From assembly GCA_965277035.1 (NCBI GenBank), contig CBDIBO010000003.1, positions 5,071,786 to 5,135,785 on the forward strand: DNA of 64,000 nucleotides. Reading direction: 5' to 3'. Shown in pieces: positions 28,963 through 37,173 of the stretch. Under the pieces are notes generated by a model. It did no database searches and had not been told where the DNA came from. It saw nothing but the letters and a program-made list of their open reading frames with translations. The number at the start of each line of letters is the position of its first letter. The first letter of the stretch is position 1. The stretch is from Rhodopila sp. GTDB lineage: Bacteria; Pseudomonadota; Alphaproteobacteria; Acetobacterales; Acetobacteraceae. A program made the position numbers and the translations under genes.

Positions 28963-29760
28963 ATGCGCCCGCTAGCCTACCTGTGGCTTTTTCTGGCAGT
29001 TGCACCACCGAACGCCGCCTGGGCGGGCCGATCGGCAACATCGGCGTCGCTACGGCCACCCACGGCGGCATTCGTAACCGCAGGTCCAGGTGCCCGCGCG
29101 ACCGCTGCGTTTGGCGCGGCCGACCCAGCCGCATGGTGCGAAACCGCCGTCACCAGCGCCGAATACATCAACCGGCTGCCGCCGCGACTGCTGGCTGCCA
29201 TCAGCCTGACGGAAACCGGGCGGGTCGAGGCGACCAGCGGTCGTTTCCGCCCCTGGCCGTGGACCATCAATGCCGAGGGCATGGGCCAGTTCTTTCGAAC
29301 CAGCCAGCAGGCTATCAATGCCGTCAAGGCCTTGCAGGCCCGGGGGGTCCGTTCGATCGATGTCGGATGCCTGCAGGTGAACCTGATGTATCACCCGCGT
29401 GCCTTCGCCTCCCTGCAGGAGGCGTTCGATCCGCGCAGCAACGCAGCATATGCGGCGCGCTTCCTCAACGCGCTCTACGCCGACAGCAAAAGCTGGCGCA
29501 GCGCCATTGCCGCCTATCATTCGGAAACACCTGTGTTAGGCGACGCCTACCGGAGCATGGTGATGGCGCACTGGCAGCCAAACGGACCGCATGTCGGCCT
29601 GTCACGAGCACTCGCCTATGGCGATTTTGGCGCCGCTGGCAGGGTCTACGGGGACCACGCCCCTAATGTCGCAGTCTATGGTGCCTTTGCCCCGCGGGCG
29701 AAGACCTACGGCGCTTTCGCCCCCCGACCACAAACCTACGGCGCTTTGGCGCCGCGCTGA
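28963..29760 (+). CDS. Lytic transglycosylase (SLT domain) with a repetitive C-terminal tail
   Basis: Signal-like N-terminus; LLAAISLTETGR (catalytic Glu), SIDVGCLQVN, AFDPRSNAAYAARFL, AIAAYHS. Confidence 0.85.
   Translation: MRPLAYLWLFLAVAPPNAAWAGRSATSASLRPPTAAFVTAGPGARATAAFGAADPAAWCETAVTSAEYINRLPPRLLAAISLTETGRVEATSGRFRPWPWTINAEGMGQFFRTSQQAINAVKALQARGVRSIDVGCLQVNLMYHPRAFASLQEAFDPRSNAAYAARFLNALYADSKSWRSAIAAYHSETPVLGDAYRSMVMAHWQPNGPHVGLSRALAYGDFGAAGRVYGDHAPNVAVYGAFAPRAKTYGAFAPRPQTYGALAPR
29611..29757 (+). repeat. 5 x 30-bp coding repeats encoding xxYG(D/A)(F/H/L)(A/G)(P/A)xx decapeptides
   Basis: LAYGDFGAAG/RVYGDHAPNV/AVYGAFAPRA/KTYGAFAPRP/QTYGALAPR; the Tyr-Gly codons recur exactly every 30 nt. 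Confidence 0.9.
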
Positions 29761-30034
29761 TCGTCCCAGGATCCCTTGGCAGACCTTCAGGCCAGCGCCA
29801 GGATGACCACCCCGGCGCAGATCAACGCCAGCGCTGCCAGATGCATCGCGGTAAGCGGTTCGGCGAACTCGTAATGGCCAATCAACGCGGCTGCGATATA
29901 CGAACTGGCGGTGCAGGGCAGCGCGACCGACATCGGGATGCGCCGCAGTGCGATGATGTAGAGCAGTGCCGCTCCCCCATACAGGAACAATCCGATCACC
30001 GTGCGCGGGTCGAATAGCTGGGCGACGAAGTCAT

Positions 30035-31267
30035 ACCAGTCCGCGTTGATGCCGACTCTCGGGGGGATTCCCCTCCTCGCTGATTTCGGATTCGATGCCC
30101 CCAGCGCTGCGGTTCGCACGATGGAGGCATAGGATGGGCAAGGCGTTGACGATCACCCGAACTGACCGCACCAGCGGCGAGCTTCGGGCGGTGTCGGCAA
30201 AATGTCGGGACGGCACGCAGGTCCGGCGTCTTCTGGCGCTTGCCATGGTGTTGGAAGGCGCGCCACGCACCGAGGCGGCGGCCTGCAATGGCATGGACCG
30301 TCAGACGCTGCGCGATTGGGTGCACCGTTACAACGAGGGCGGCGTCGAGGCCCTGAAAAGCCGGGAAAATCCAGGCCGCACGCGCTATTTAACAGAGGCC
30401 CAAATGGCCGAGTTACGCCAGTTGGTGGTGGACGGACCCGATCTGGCCGCGGACAAGGTGGTGCGCTGGCGGATCGTGGATCTGCAGGGCGCGGTGAAGC
30501 GGCGGTTCTCGGTAGACGTGCATCAAAGCACAGTCGGCAAATGGCTGCATCAACTCCGCCTGACCCGGCTGCAGCCGCGGCCGGTGCATCCGAAGAAAGA
30601 CCCCGCGGCCGAGACGGCTTTTAAAAAAACTTCGCCAGCCTGGTAAAACAGGCGCTTCTGTCGACCACGGCCTCGACCCCGATCGAGATCTGGTTCCAGG
30701 ACGAAGCCAGGGTCGGCCAGAAGGGAACCCACGCCTACATCTGGGCAAGACTGGCCAAAGGTTCCGGCCGGCGAAGCCGGATGGAAAGGCCAGGCGAGGG
30801 GCCCGTCGGCTCGCGACCGTTGATGGTGCGCGATAACCGACATGATTCCGCCTACCTCTTTGGGGCCATCTGTCCGGCCAGAGCGGTCGGCGCCGCCGTG
30901 CTGATGCCCGCCGCCAACACCGAGGCGATGAACGAGCATCTGAAGGAAATCAGCACCCAGGTCGCGGCGGGCGCGCATGCCGTTCTGGTCTGTGACGGCG
31001 CCGGCTGGCATCAGCGGGGCAAGCACCTGGTCGTGCCGGACAATATCAGCCTGTTGTCGTTGCCACCCTACTCACCTGAACTGAACCCGATGGAGAATGT
31101 CTGGGACTACTTGCGACAGAACAAATTATGCGCCCAGGTATGGGACACCTATGACGACATCCTCGAAGCCTGCAAAACCGCATGGAATTGGCTGATCGCC
31201 GATCCGGATCGCATCCGCTCCATCGGCGCCAGGGAGTGGGCGCGTGTCAATGTTTAGGCGGACTGGT
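30035..31267 (+). mobile_element. IS630-family element (1233 bp), complete
   Basis: Perfect terminal IRs ACCAGTCCGC/GCGGACTGGT, flanked by an AT duplication (30033-34, 31268-69) whose removal restores the host gene frame. Confidence 0.93.
30134..31257 (+). CDS. IS630 transposase, two frames joined by a -1 shift at TTTTAAAAAAAC (30619-30630)
   Basis: orfA 30134-30646 (HTH, MDRQTLRDWVHRYN). The -1 frame continues NFASL...WFQDEARVG...VCDGAGWH...PELNPMENVW (D-D-E). Confidence 0.9.
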
Positions 31268-31715
31268 ATTAGGCGCCGCGGCCGCGGTTTTCAGCAGCGT
31301 CTGCCCGGCCATGCTGGTGACGATGGTCCCGGCCAGAACCAGCCAGTAAGTGCTCACCCCGGCACCTGAGCCGGCTTTAGCGTCGTCGTGTGGCTTGTCG
31401 CGTTGTTCATGGTTCGCCGCGATCGCCACCAACAACCCACCTGGGGCGGCCAAGCGGCGGGGCAGGCGGGCGAGCGAAAGGCGGGCGGAGGACAGACGGT
31501 CGCGCGGCCGGGCCGGGCAGGCATTCAAGTGCGTCATGCCAACCAACATGCCGCCGGGTCATGGCGGAAATTGGACGACGGTGGCCACGGCTTCACCGCC
31601 GGTGCCATCCGCGGTGGCGCCGCGGCGGGAACCACACCGTGGCAGAGCCAAGCGCTTGTGTCCGGCTTGCCGCCATCCGCCGCTCGGGCTGCACCGGCCT
31701 CACGACCCACAATCC

Positions 31716-33395
31716 TCAAGCTGCGCAGCCTTCCTCGCGCAACAGGTCGGCAACGGCGTCCGCCGGCACGTCGGCACTGGTGAACGCCTGGCCGATCCCG
31801 CGCGCCAGCACGAAGTGCAGTGCCCCATCGCGCATCTTCTTGTCTCGCCGCATGTGACCCAGCAACGTGTTGGCCGAGAACCGTCTGTTCAGCATCGACA
31901 GCCCGGTCGGCAGGCCCACGGCCGAGATATGCGCGCTCACCCGTGCTGCATCCGTCTCCGGGCAGAGCCCCAGCTTGGCCGACAGCTTGAAGGCCAGACC
32001 CAGACCGATGGCGACGCCCTCGCCGTGCAGCAGGCCACCGTCGTAGCCATACTCCGCCTCCAACGCGTGGCCGAACGTGTGGCCAAGATTGAGCAGGGCG
32101 CGTCCGTCATTCGGCTTCTCCTCGCGCTCATCATCGCCGACCACGGCGGCCTTGAAGGCGCAGGCGCGCTTGATCGCCTCGGCCTGCGCGTCCTTGTCGC
32201 CGCCGACTACGCCTTGGCCGTGCCGTTCGCACCAGGCGAAGAATGCCGCATCACCGATCAGGCCGGCCTTGGCGATTTCGGCATAGCCGGCTCTCAGCTC
32301 TCGCGGCGGCAGCGTCCCCAGGGTCCCGGTATCCGCCAGCACCATCTTTGGTTGGTAGAACGCGCCCAGCAAATTCTTGCCGCGCCGGGTGTTGATCCCT
32401 GTCTTGCCGCCGACGGACGAATCGACCTGCGACAGCAAGGTCGTCGGGATCTGAATGAACGGCAGCCCGCGCAGGGTCGTCGCCGCCGCGAAGCCAGCCA
32501 GATCCCCGACCACACCGCCACCCAGGGCGATCACCGCGGTTCGCCGCTCGACCCGTGCCTCCAGCAACTGGTCCACCACGTGCAGGTAGGTTTCCATGCT
32601 CTTGCAGGCTTCACCGCCCTTTACCACGATCGTCGTGGCGGTAATCGCGGTCTCGGCCAACCCGTCCGTCAATGTCTTCAGATGCAGGCCTGCCACGGTC
32701 TCATCGGTGACTACCACCGCGCGCTTCTGCGGCAGCTTTGGCGCAAGCAGCGCCCCCGCTCGGGCCAGCAGGCCGTTACCGATCAGCACGTCGTAGCTGG
32801 TGCTGGGCAGCACCACATGCAGCCGGCGCGCCGGCTTCCATTCCATCAATGCGCTCATGACACCTGTAGTCGTGGCGTCGGGCGGTTCGTCGCCGCAATC
32901 CACGATTACGTCAGCCTCGGCGTAGATCGGATGCCGCACCGTCATCAGTTGGCGCAGTGTGTCTTCCCGGTCACGCCCGTTCAGCAACGGCCGATTGTCC
33001 CGCCCCGCCACGCGGCGCACCAGGGTCGGCAGGGTGCAGCGCAGCCAGACCGAGATCGCCTCGGACCGCGTCGTATCTCTGGTCTGTGGGTCCATGAAAG
33101 CGCCACCGCCGAACGCCAGCACCATCGGGTCGCCCGCCAGCAAGCGCCGGATCACCCGCCGTTCGCCGTCGCGAAACGCACCTTCGCCGTAGCGGGCAAA
33201 CAATTCAGGGATGCTGCAGCCCGCCGCCAGCTCGATCTCCTGGTCGGCGTCGCGGAACGCCAACCCCAGCTGCGCGGCAAGCCGCCGACCGATCGAGGTC
33301 TTTCCCGCCCCCATCAAGCCGACCAGCACGATGCTGCGCCCGGCGATCGTGTCCGGTAACGGAATCGTCTCCCGCAAAGCTGTGTTGCGTGTCAT
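31716..33395 (-). CDS. aroB: Bifunctional shikimate kinase / 3-dehydroquinate synthase (AroK-AroB fusion)
   Basis: GLMGAGKT Walker A and FRDGERRVI, then ALGGGVVGDLAGF, QVDSSVGGKTG, LNLGHTFGHALE in one frame. Confidence 0.95.
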   Translation of the reverse strand: MTRNTALRETIPLPDTIAGRSIVLVGLMGAGKTSIGRRLAAQLGLAFRDADQEIELAAGCSIPELFARYGEGAFRDGERRVIRRLLAGDPMVLAFGGGAFMDPQTRDTTRSEAISVWLRCTLPTLVRRVAGRDNRPLLNGRDREDTLRQLMTVRHPIYAEADVIVDCGDEPPDATTTGVMSALMEWKPARRLHVVLPSTSYDVLIGNGLLARAGALLAPKLPQKRAVVVTDETVAGLHLKTLTDGLAETAITATTIVVKGGEACKSMETYLHVVDQLLEARVERRTAVIALGGGVVGDLAGFAAATTLRGLPFIQIPTTLLSQVDSSVGGKTGINTRRGKNLLGAFYQPKMVLADTGTLGTLPPRELRAGYAEIAKAGLIGDAAFFAWCERHGQGVVGGDKDAQAEAIKRACAFKAAVVGDDEREEKPNDGRALLNLGHTFGHALEAEYGYDGGLLHGEGVAIGLGLAFKLSAKLGLCPETDAARVSAHISAVGLPTGLSMLNRRFSANTLLGHMRRDKKMRDGALHFVLARGIGQAFTSADVPADAVADLLREEGCAA

Positions 33396-33438
33396 AATTG
33401 CGAAGGGTAGCACATCGGTCCTGAAACAGGCGATTGCC

Positions 33439-33481
33439 CCCGAGTCGAATTGCCTGGTCGATTTGCCCGAGTCGAATTGTC
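33439..33481. repeat. Direct repeats in the aroKB / small-gene divergent region
   Basis: cccgagtcgaattg at 33439 and 33466; the core GTCGA(A/T)TTG(C/T)C occurs three times at 13-14 bp spacing. Confidence 0.75.
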
Positions 33482-33538
33482 CTGCTGTCTGCGCGTCTGA
33501 GTGTTCAGGCGTCCGGAACCCCGATTTCAGGAGCCTCG

Positions 33539-33682
33539 ATGATCCGCATCTTCTTCTTTGTCGTCCTAGCCGGCCTGGTGGCAATGGCTGGGGGCGTGCT
33601 GATGCTGGGGATTTTCCCGCCCGCTCAGCACCCTCAGGCGGTCGAAAAGGTTGTGCCGAACGACAAGTTCACCACCCGCTAG
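33539..33682 (+). CDS. Small single-pass membrane protein (47 aa) between aroK and xerD
   Basis: AGGAG RBS; MIRIFFFVVLAGLVAMAGGVLMLGIFPP. Similar small genes are commonly seen at this position in alphaproteobacteria. Confidence 0.65.
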   Translation: MIRIFFFVVLAGLVAMAGGVLMLGIFPPAQHPQAVEKVVPNDKFTTR

Positions 33683-33886
33683 AGCATTCACGCTGAGTGG
33701 AACGTTCAAAGCGTGTGAATCATCCGATTAAACAAAGGGATAGAGCATTTTCGGTCTGTACAGTCAGGCTGAAAATGCTCTAGTGGTTCAACTCGCGGGC
33801 TGATCGGCCCATGGGCTGAATTGGTCCACCCAATCAACCTAGTGCTTTGACGCATGCTTAATCCTTTGTTCGGGCCAAAGTACTAG
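33679..33886. repeat. Cluster of REP-like palindromic units bounded by CTAG/TAG
   Basis: ctagagc-attcacgct..agcgtgtgaat..aaacaaagggatagagc; tagagcattttc/gaaaatgctcta (33741-33782, perfect 12-bp IR); ctagtgctttg/caaagtactag (33839-33886). Confidence 0.75.
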
Positions 33887-34798
33887 ATGGACCCGAAGGT
33901 CGACGCATTCCTCGAGATGCTGACGGTCGAGCGCGGCGCCGCGGCCAACACCATCGGATCCTACACCAGCGACCTCGACGAGTTCGCCAGCTATGCCGCC
34001 GCCCGCGGCTATGCCGTCACGGCCGCGGACGCGGTGACCTGCCAGGGCTACATGGCCTCGCTGCACGGTCGTGGCCTGTCCCCTCGCACCGCGGCTCGGC
34101 GCCTGTCGGCGCTGCGACAGTTTCACCTGTTTCTGCTGAAGGAGGGCGTGCGTGACGACGATCCGACGGCGCAGCTGGACACCCCTCGGCTGCCGCGGCC
34201 GTTGCCGAAGTTTCTCACCGAGGCGGAGGTCGATGCACTGCTTCACGCTGCCGCCAGCAAGGCCGGTCGGCCAGGCGCCGTCGCGCGCGCCGCGCTGGAG
34301 TTGCTTTATGCCACCGGCATGCGGATCTCTGAGCTGCTGACGCTGCCGCACGCGGCGCTGGGTGCCAAGGCCGAGATGATGATCATCAAGGGCAAGGGCA
34401 ACAAGGAGCGGATGGTGCCGCTGTCCAACCCGGCGAGGCAGGCGGTGGCCGCGCTGTTGCAGCTGACCGAGGCGGCCGGGACCCAAAGTCGCTGGCTGTT
34501 CCCCGGGCGCGAGCCAAAGCAGCCGCTGACCCGCCAGGCGTTCTTCCTGTTGTTGAAGCAGGTCGCGCTACAGGCTGGTTTGGACCCGGTGCGGGTTTCG
34601 CCACACGTGCTACGGCACTCGTTCGCCTCGCACATGCTGGCGCGCGGCGCTGATCTGCGCAGCCTGCAGATGCTGCTGGGACACGCCGATCTCGCGACGG
34701 TGCAGATCTACACGCATGTGCAGACCGAGCGACTGCGCAAGCTGGTGGAGGATCATCATCCACTGTCGGAACGCTGGACTGGTCAAACCGATCCATAG
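33887..34798 (+). CDS. xerD: Site-specific tyrosine recombinase XerD
   Basis: FLEMLTVERGAAANT, ELLYATGMRISEL, GKGNKERMVP, SPHVLRHSFASH, QMLLGHADLATVQIYTH; position next to aroK. Confidence 0.92.
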   Translation: MDPKVDAFLEMLTVERGAAANTIGSYTSDLDEFASYAAARGYAVTAADAVTCQGYMASLHGRGLSPRTAARRLSALRQFHLFLLKEGVRDDDPTAQLDTPRLPRPLPKFLTEAEVDALLHAAASKAGRPGAVARAALELLYATGMRISELLTLPHAALGAKAEMMIIKGKGNKERMVPLSNPARQAVAALLQLTEAAGTQSRWLFPGREPKQPLTRQAFFLLLKQVALQAGLDPVRVSPHVLRHSFASHMLARGADLRSLQMLLGHADLATVQIYTHVQTERLRKLVEDHHPLSERWTGQTDP

Positions 34799-35343
34799 CG
34801 TCTATTTTTATTTTGGCGGCACGTCTGATGCCATATCATGCCATTCGAGCACACAAAGTCGCGCGCACGGACCGCGAAAGTCGCACGGAAACGTTCAGCG
34901 CCTCGTCCGTGTTGGCCAGGCGAACCTGAATGCCGCGCCGCGCCGTGATCGTGGGCACCCGCTGTGGCTCTTGCGGCGCTGCCTGAAACAGGATTGTTTG
35001 CGCGACTGCACGCAAGCGACCGCGGTTTCTGGGTCCTGGGTCGCTGCCCGCGGATCATATATAGGGAAGGCGCGTATAGCTTGGATCCACGTTCACCGCA
35101 CCACCAGGAGGCGAGGGAACCTGATCTCCTGCTTGCGTCGGTCGCCGGCACCCCCTGGAACCGCGCGATTCAACGGACTTTCGTTCTGTACAGGTTGCTG
35201 ACTTTGGCGCTGGAAGATGATCGAGTTCGGCGCAGCACGCGACATCCGCTTCGGCTGCGGCAGGTCAGGCCGCCGCGCCCCGAAAGACGTGGCTGTCTGC
35301 AAACGCCGGTCGTGGGCTTTGCGGTCCGTCTCGGTGCGGCGGC

Positions 35344-37128
35344 GTGCCGCGCCCGGGCTGGCCGCGCGTGACCGAGGATCCCGCGCCGCCGGATGCCGAC
35401 GCCCATCTTCGATCCAGGCTTCGCCAGCAGGCGCTGCTGGCAGAACTGGGGCGAATGGCGCTCGCCAATACCGATTTCGAGAGTTTGCTGGCTGAGGCGA
35501 CGCGGATCACCGCCCTCGGCATGGCGGTCCAGTTCTGCAAGGTGCTGAAATACCTGCCGGACCGGAATCGTTTTCTGGTCCATGCTGGCGTTGGCTGGCA
35601 CCCTGGCGTCGTCGGTCACGCCACGATCGGCGCCGAACTCCGCTCGCCGGCCGGCTACGCCCTGCATACCGGCAAGCCGGTCATCTCGAACCACCTCTCG
35701 GCCGAGGGTCGCTTCGCCTATCCAGAGCTGTTGCGGGCCCATCACGTCCAGCGGGCGGTCAACGTCATTCTGCTGGGCGATGGACATCCGTACGGCGTGC
35801 TGGAAGTCGACAGCGACGTCGCGGGGTCGTTCACCGAACACGATATCGACTTTCTGCAGGCGGTGGCCAACCTGCTGAGCCTGGCGCTGGAGCGGCGCCG
35901 GGCGGAGACGGCGTTGCGTCTCATCAATGACACGCTCGAACAGCGGGTCGAAGCCGAGGTGGCGGAACGGCACCTCGCCGAGGAGGCGCTGCGGCAGGCG
36001 CAGAAGATGGAGGCAGTCGGCCAGCTGACCGGCGGCGTGGCTCACGACTTTAACAATCTGCTGCTGGTGATCATGGGCAATCTTGATCTGCTCGGTCGCG
36101 CGGTGGCCGGCAACGACCGGCTGACCCATTTCGTCGCCAACGCTCGCAAAGGTGCAACCCGCGGCGCCCAGCTCACCAGCCAGCTTCTCGCGTTCGCCCG
36201 CCGGCAGACGCTGCGGCCCGAGCAGCGGGCGATCAACGAGGTTATCCGCGAATTCGACGTGCTGGCGACACGCATGCTGGGCGAGACGATCTCTGTCGAT
36301 TTCGATCTGGCACCGGATGCCGGCGCCTGCCAGGTCGATCCCGCGCAATTCGGATCGGCGCTGCTGAACCTGGTGGTGAACGCTCGTGACGCCATGCCGG
36401 ACGGCGGCACGCTCGGCATTCGCAGCACGAAACAGCTGTTCGACGCGCGGATGGCCGCCCGGCATGCCGGCGCGAGACCGGGCAGTTATGTCGTGGTCGA
36501 GGTGGCGGACACTGGCGTCGGCATGCCGCCGCAGGTGATCGAGCGCGCGACTGAACCGTTCTTCACGACCAAGGAAGCCGGACGCGGCACCGGTCTGGGG
36601 CTTAGCCAGGTATATGGTTTCGTCCGTCAGTCCGACGGCTTCCTGACGATCGACAGCTCGCCAGGTGCGGGAACCAAGATCTGCATCCACCTGCCCGAAG
36701 TCATCGCTAGCCCGTCGCGACCAGATGGTTCGCCTGTCGTGCAGACTGGGGCAGGGGTCATCCTGGTCGTGGAGGATGACGACGACGTGCGCGACCTCGT
36801 GGCACTTCAGCTACGGGAAATCGGTTACCAGACGGTGATCGCTGCGTCCGGCCAGCAGGCGCTGGAGATCCTGGCCTCGCCCGCGACCCCGATGATCGAC
36901 CTGCTGCTGACCGACGTCGTCATGCCGGGCGGGATGAATGGCGTCGCCTTGGTTCGGGAGGCGCAACGTCAACAGCCGACGCTGAAGGCGTTGCTCACAT
37001 CCGGCTACATGGCTGGGAATGCGCCGGGACAGTGCGAGGCCGAGGCAGCCGATCTGCCGTTGCTCTCGAAACCTTATCTGCAGGCGGAGTTAGCCCGGGC
37101 GATACAGGACGCGCTGGGGCGCGGCTGA
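35344..37128 (+). CDS. Hybrid sensor histidine kinase (GAF-HisKA-HATPase-REC)
   Basis: N-terminal GAF (YGVLEVDS), H-box GGVAHDFNNLL, EPFFTTKEAGRGTGLGL, receiver ILVVEDD...LLTDVVMPGG. Start uncertain. Confidence 0.93.
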   Translation: MPRPGWPRVTEDPAPPDADAHLRSRLRQQALLAELGRMALANTDFESLLAEATRITALGMAVQFCKVLKYLPDRNRFLVHAGVGWHPGVVGHATIGAELRSPAGYALHTGKPVISNHLSAEGRFAYPELLRAHHVQRAVNVILLGDGHPYGVLEVDSDVAGSFTEHDIDFLQAVANLLSLALERRRAETALRLINDTLEQRVEAEVAERHLAEEALRQAQKMEAVGQLTGGVAHDFNNLLLVIMGNLDLLGRAVAGNDRLTHFVANARKGATRGAQLTSQLLAFARRQTLRPEQRAINEVIREFDVLATRMLGETISVDFDLAPDAGACQVDPAQFGSALLNLVVNARDAMPDGGTLGIRSTKQLFDARMAARHAGARPGSYVVVEVADTGVGMPPQVIERATEPFFTTKEAGRGTGLGLSQVYGFVRQSDGFLTIDSSPGAGTKICIHLPEVIASPSRPDGSPVVQTGAGVILVVEDDDDVRDLVALQLREIGYQTVIAASGQQALEILASPATPMIDLLLTDVVMPGGMNGVALVREAQRQQPTLKALLTSGYMAGNAPGQCEAEAADLPLLSKPYLQAELARAIQDALGRG

Positions 37129-37157
37129 ACCGGGGCGCGGCTGAACCGGGGCGCGGC
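37116..37157. repeat. About 2.6 copies of a 16-bp tandem repeat spanning the kinase stop codon
   Basis: ggggcgcggctgaacc x2 followed by ggggcgcggc. Confidence 0.85.
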
Positions 37158-37173
37158 CGAATGGGCGTCCGCT

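Larger units (their letters stand above)
29787..31357 (-). pseudogene. Small multidrug/EamA (ArnE/ArnF-like) 4-TM transporter interrupted by IS630
   Basis: Joining 31357-31268 to 30032-29787 restores a 111-aa ORF MSTYWLVLAGTIVTSMAGQTLLKTAAAAPN-DFVAQLF...LYIIALRRIPMSVALP...GVVILALA. Confidence 0.85.

Noticed and set aside
29611-29757. 30-bp periodic repeats as a CRISPR array
   Set aside because: The repeats are contiguous, in-frame and degenerate, with no unique spacers and no cas genes.
33887-34798. Tyrosine recombinase as a prophage or island integrase
   Set aside because: Size, motifs and position beside aroK fit housekeeping XerD, and there are no phage genes or att sites.
34861-34896. 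gcgaaagtcgcacg resembling group II intron domain V
   Set aside because: The 5' arm cannot pair as domain V, there is no AGC/CGC triad in register, and no reverse transcriptase ORF is present.
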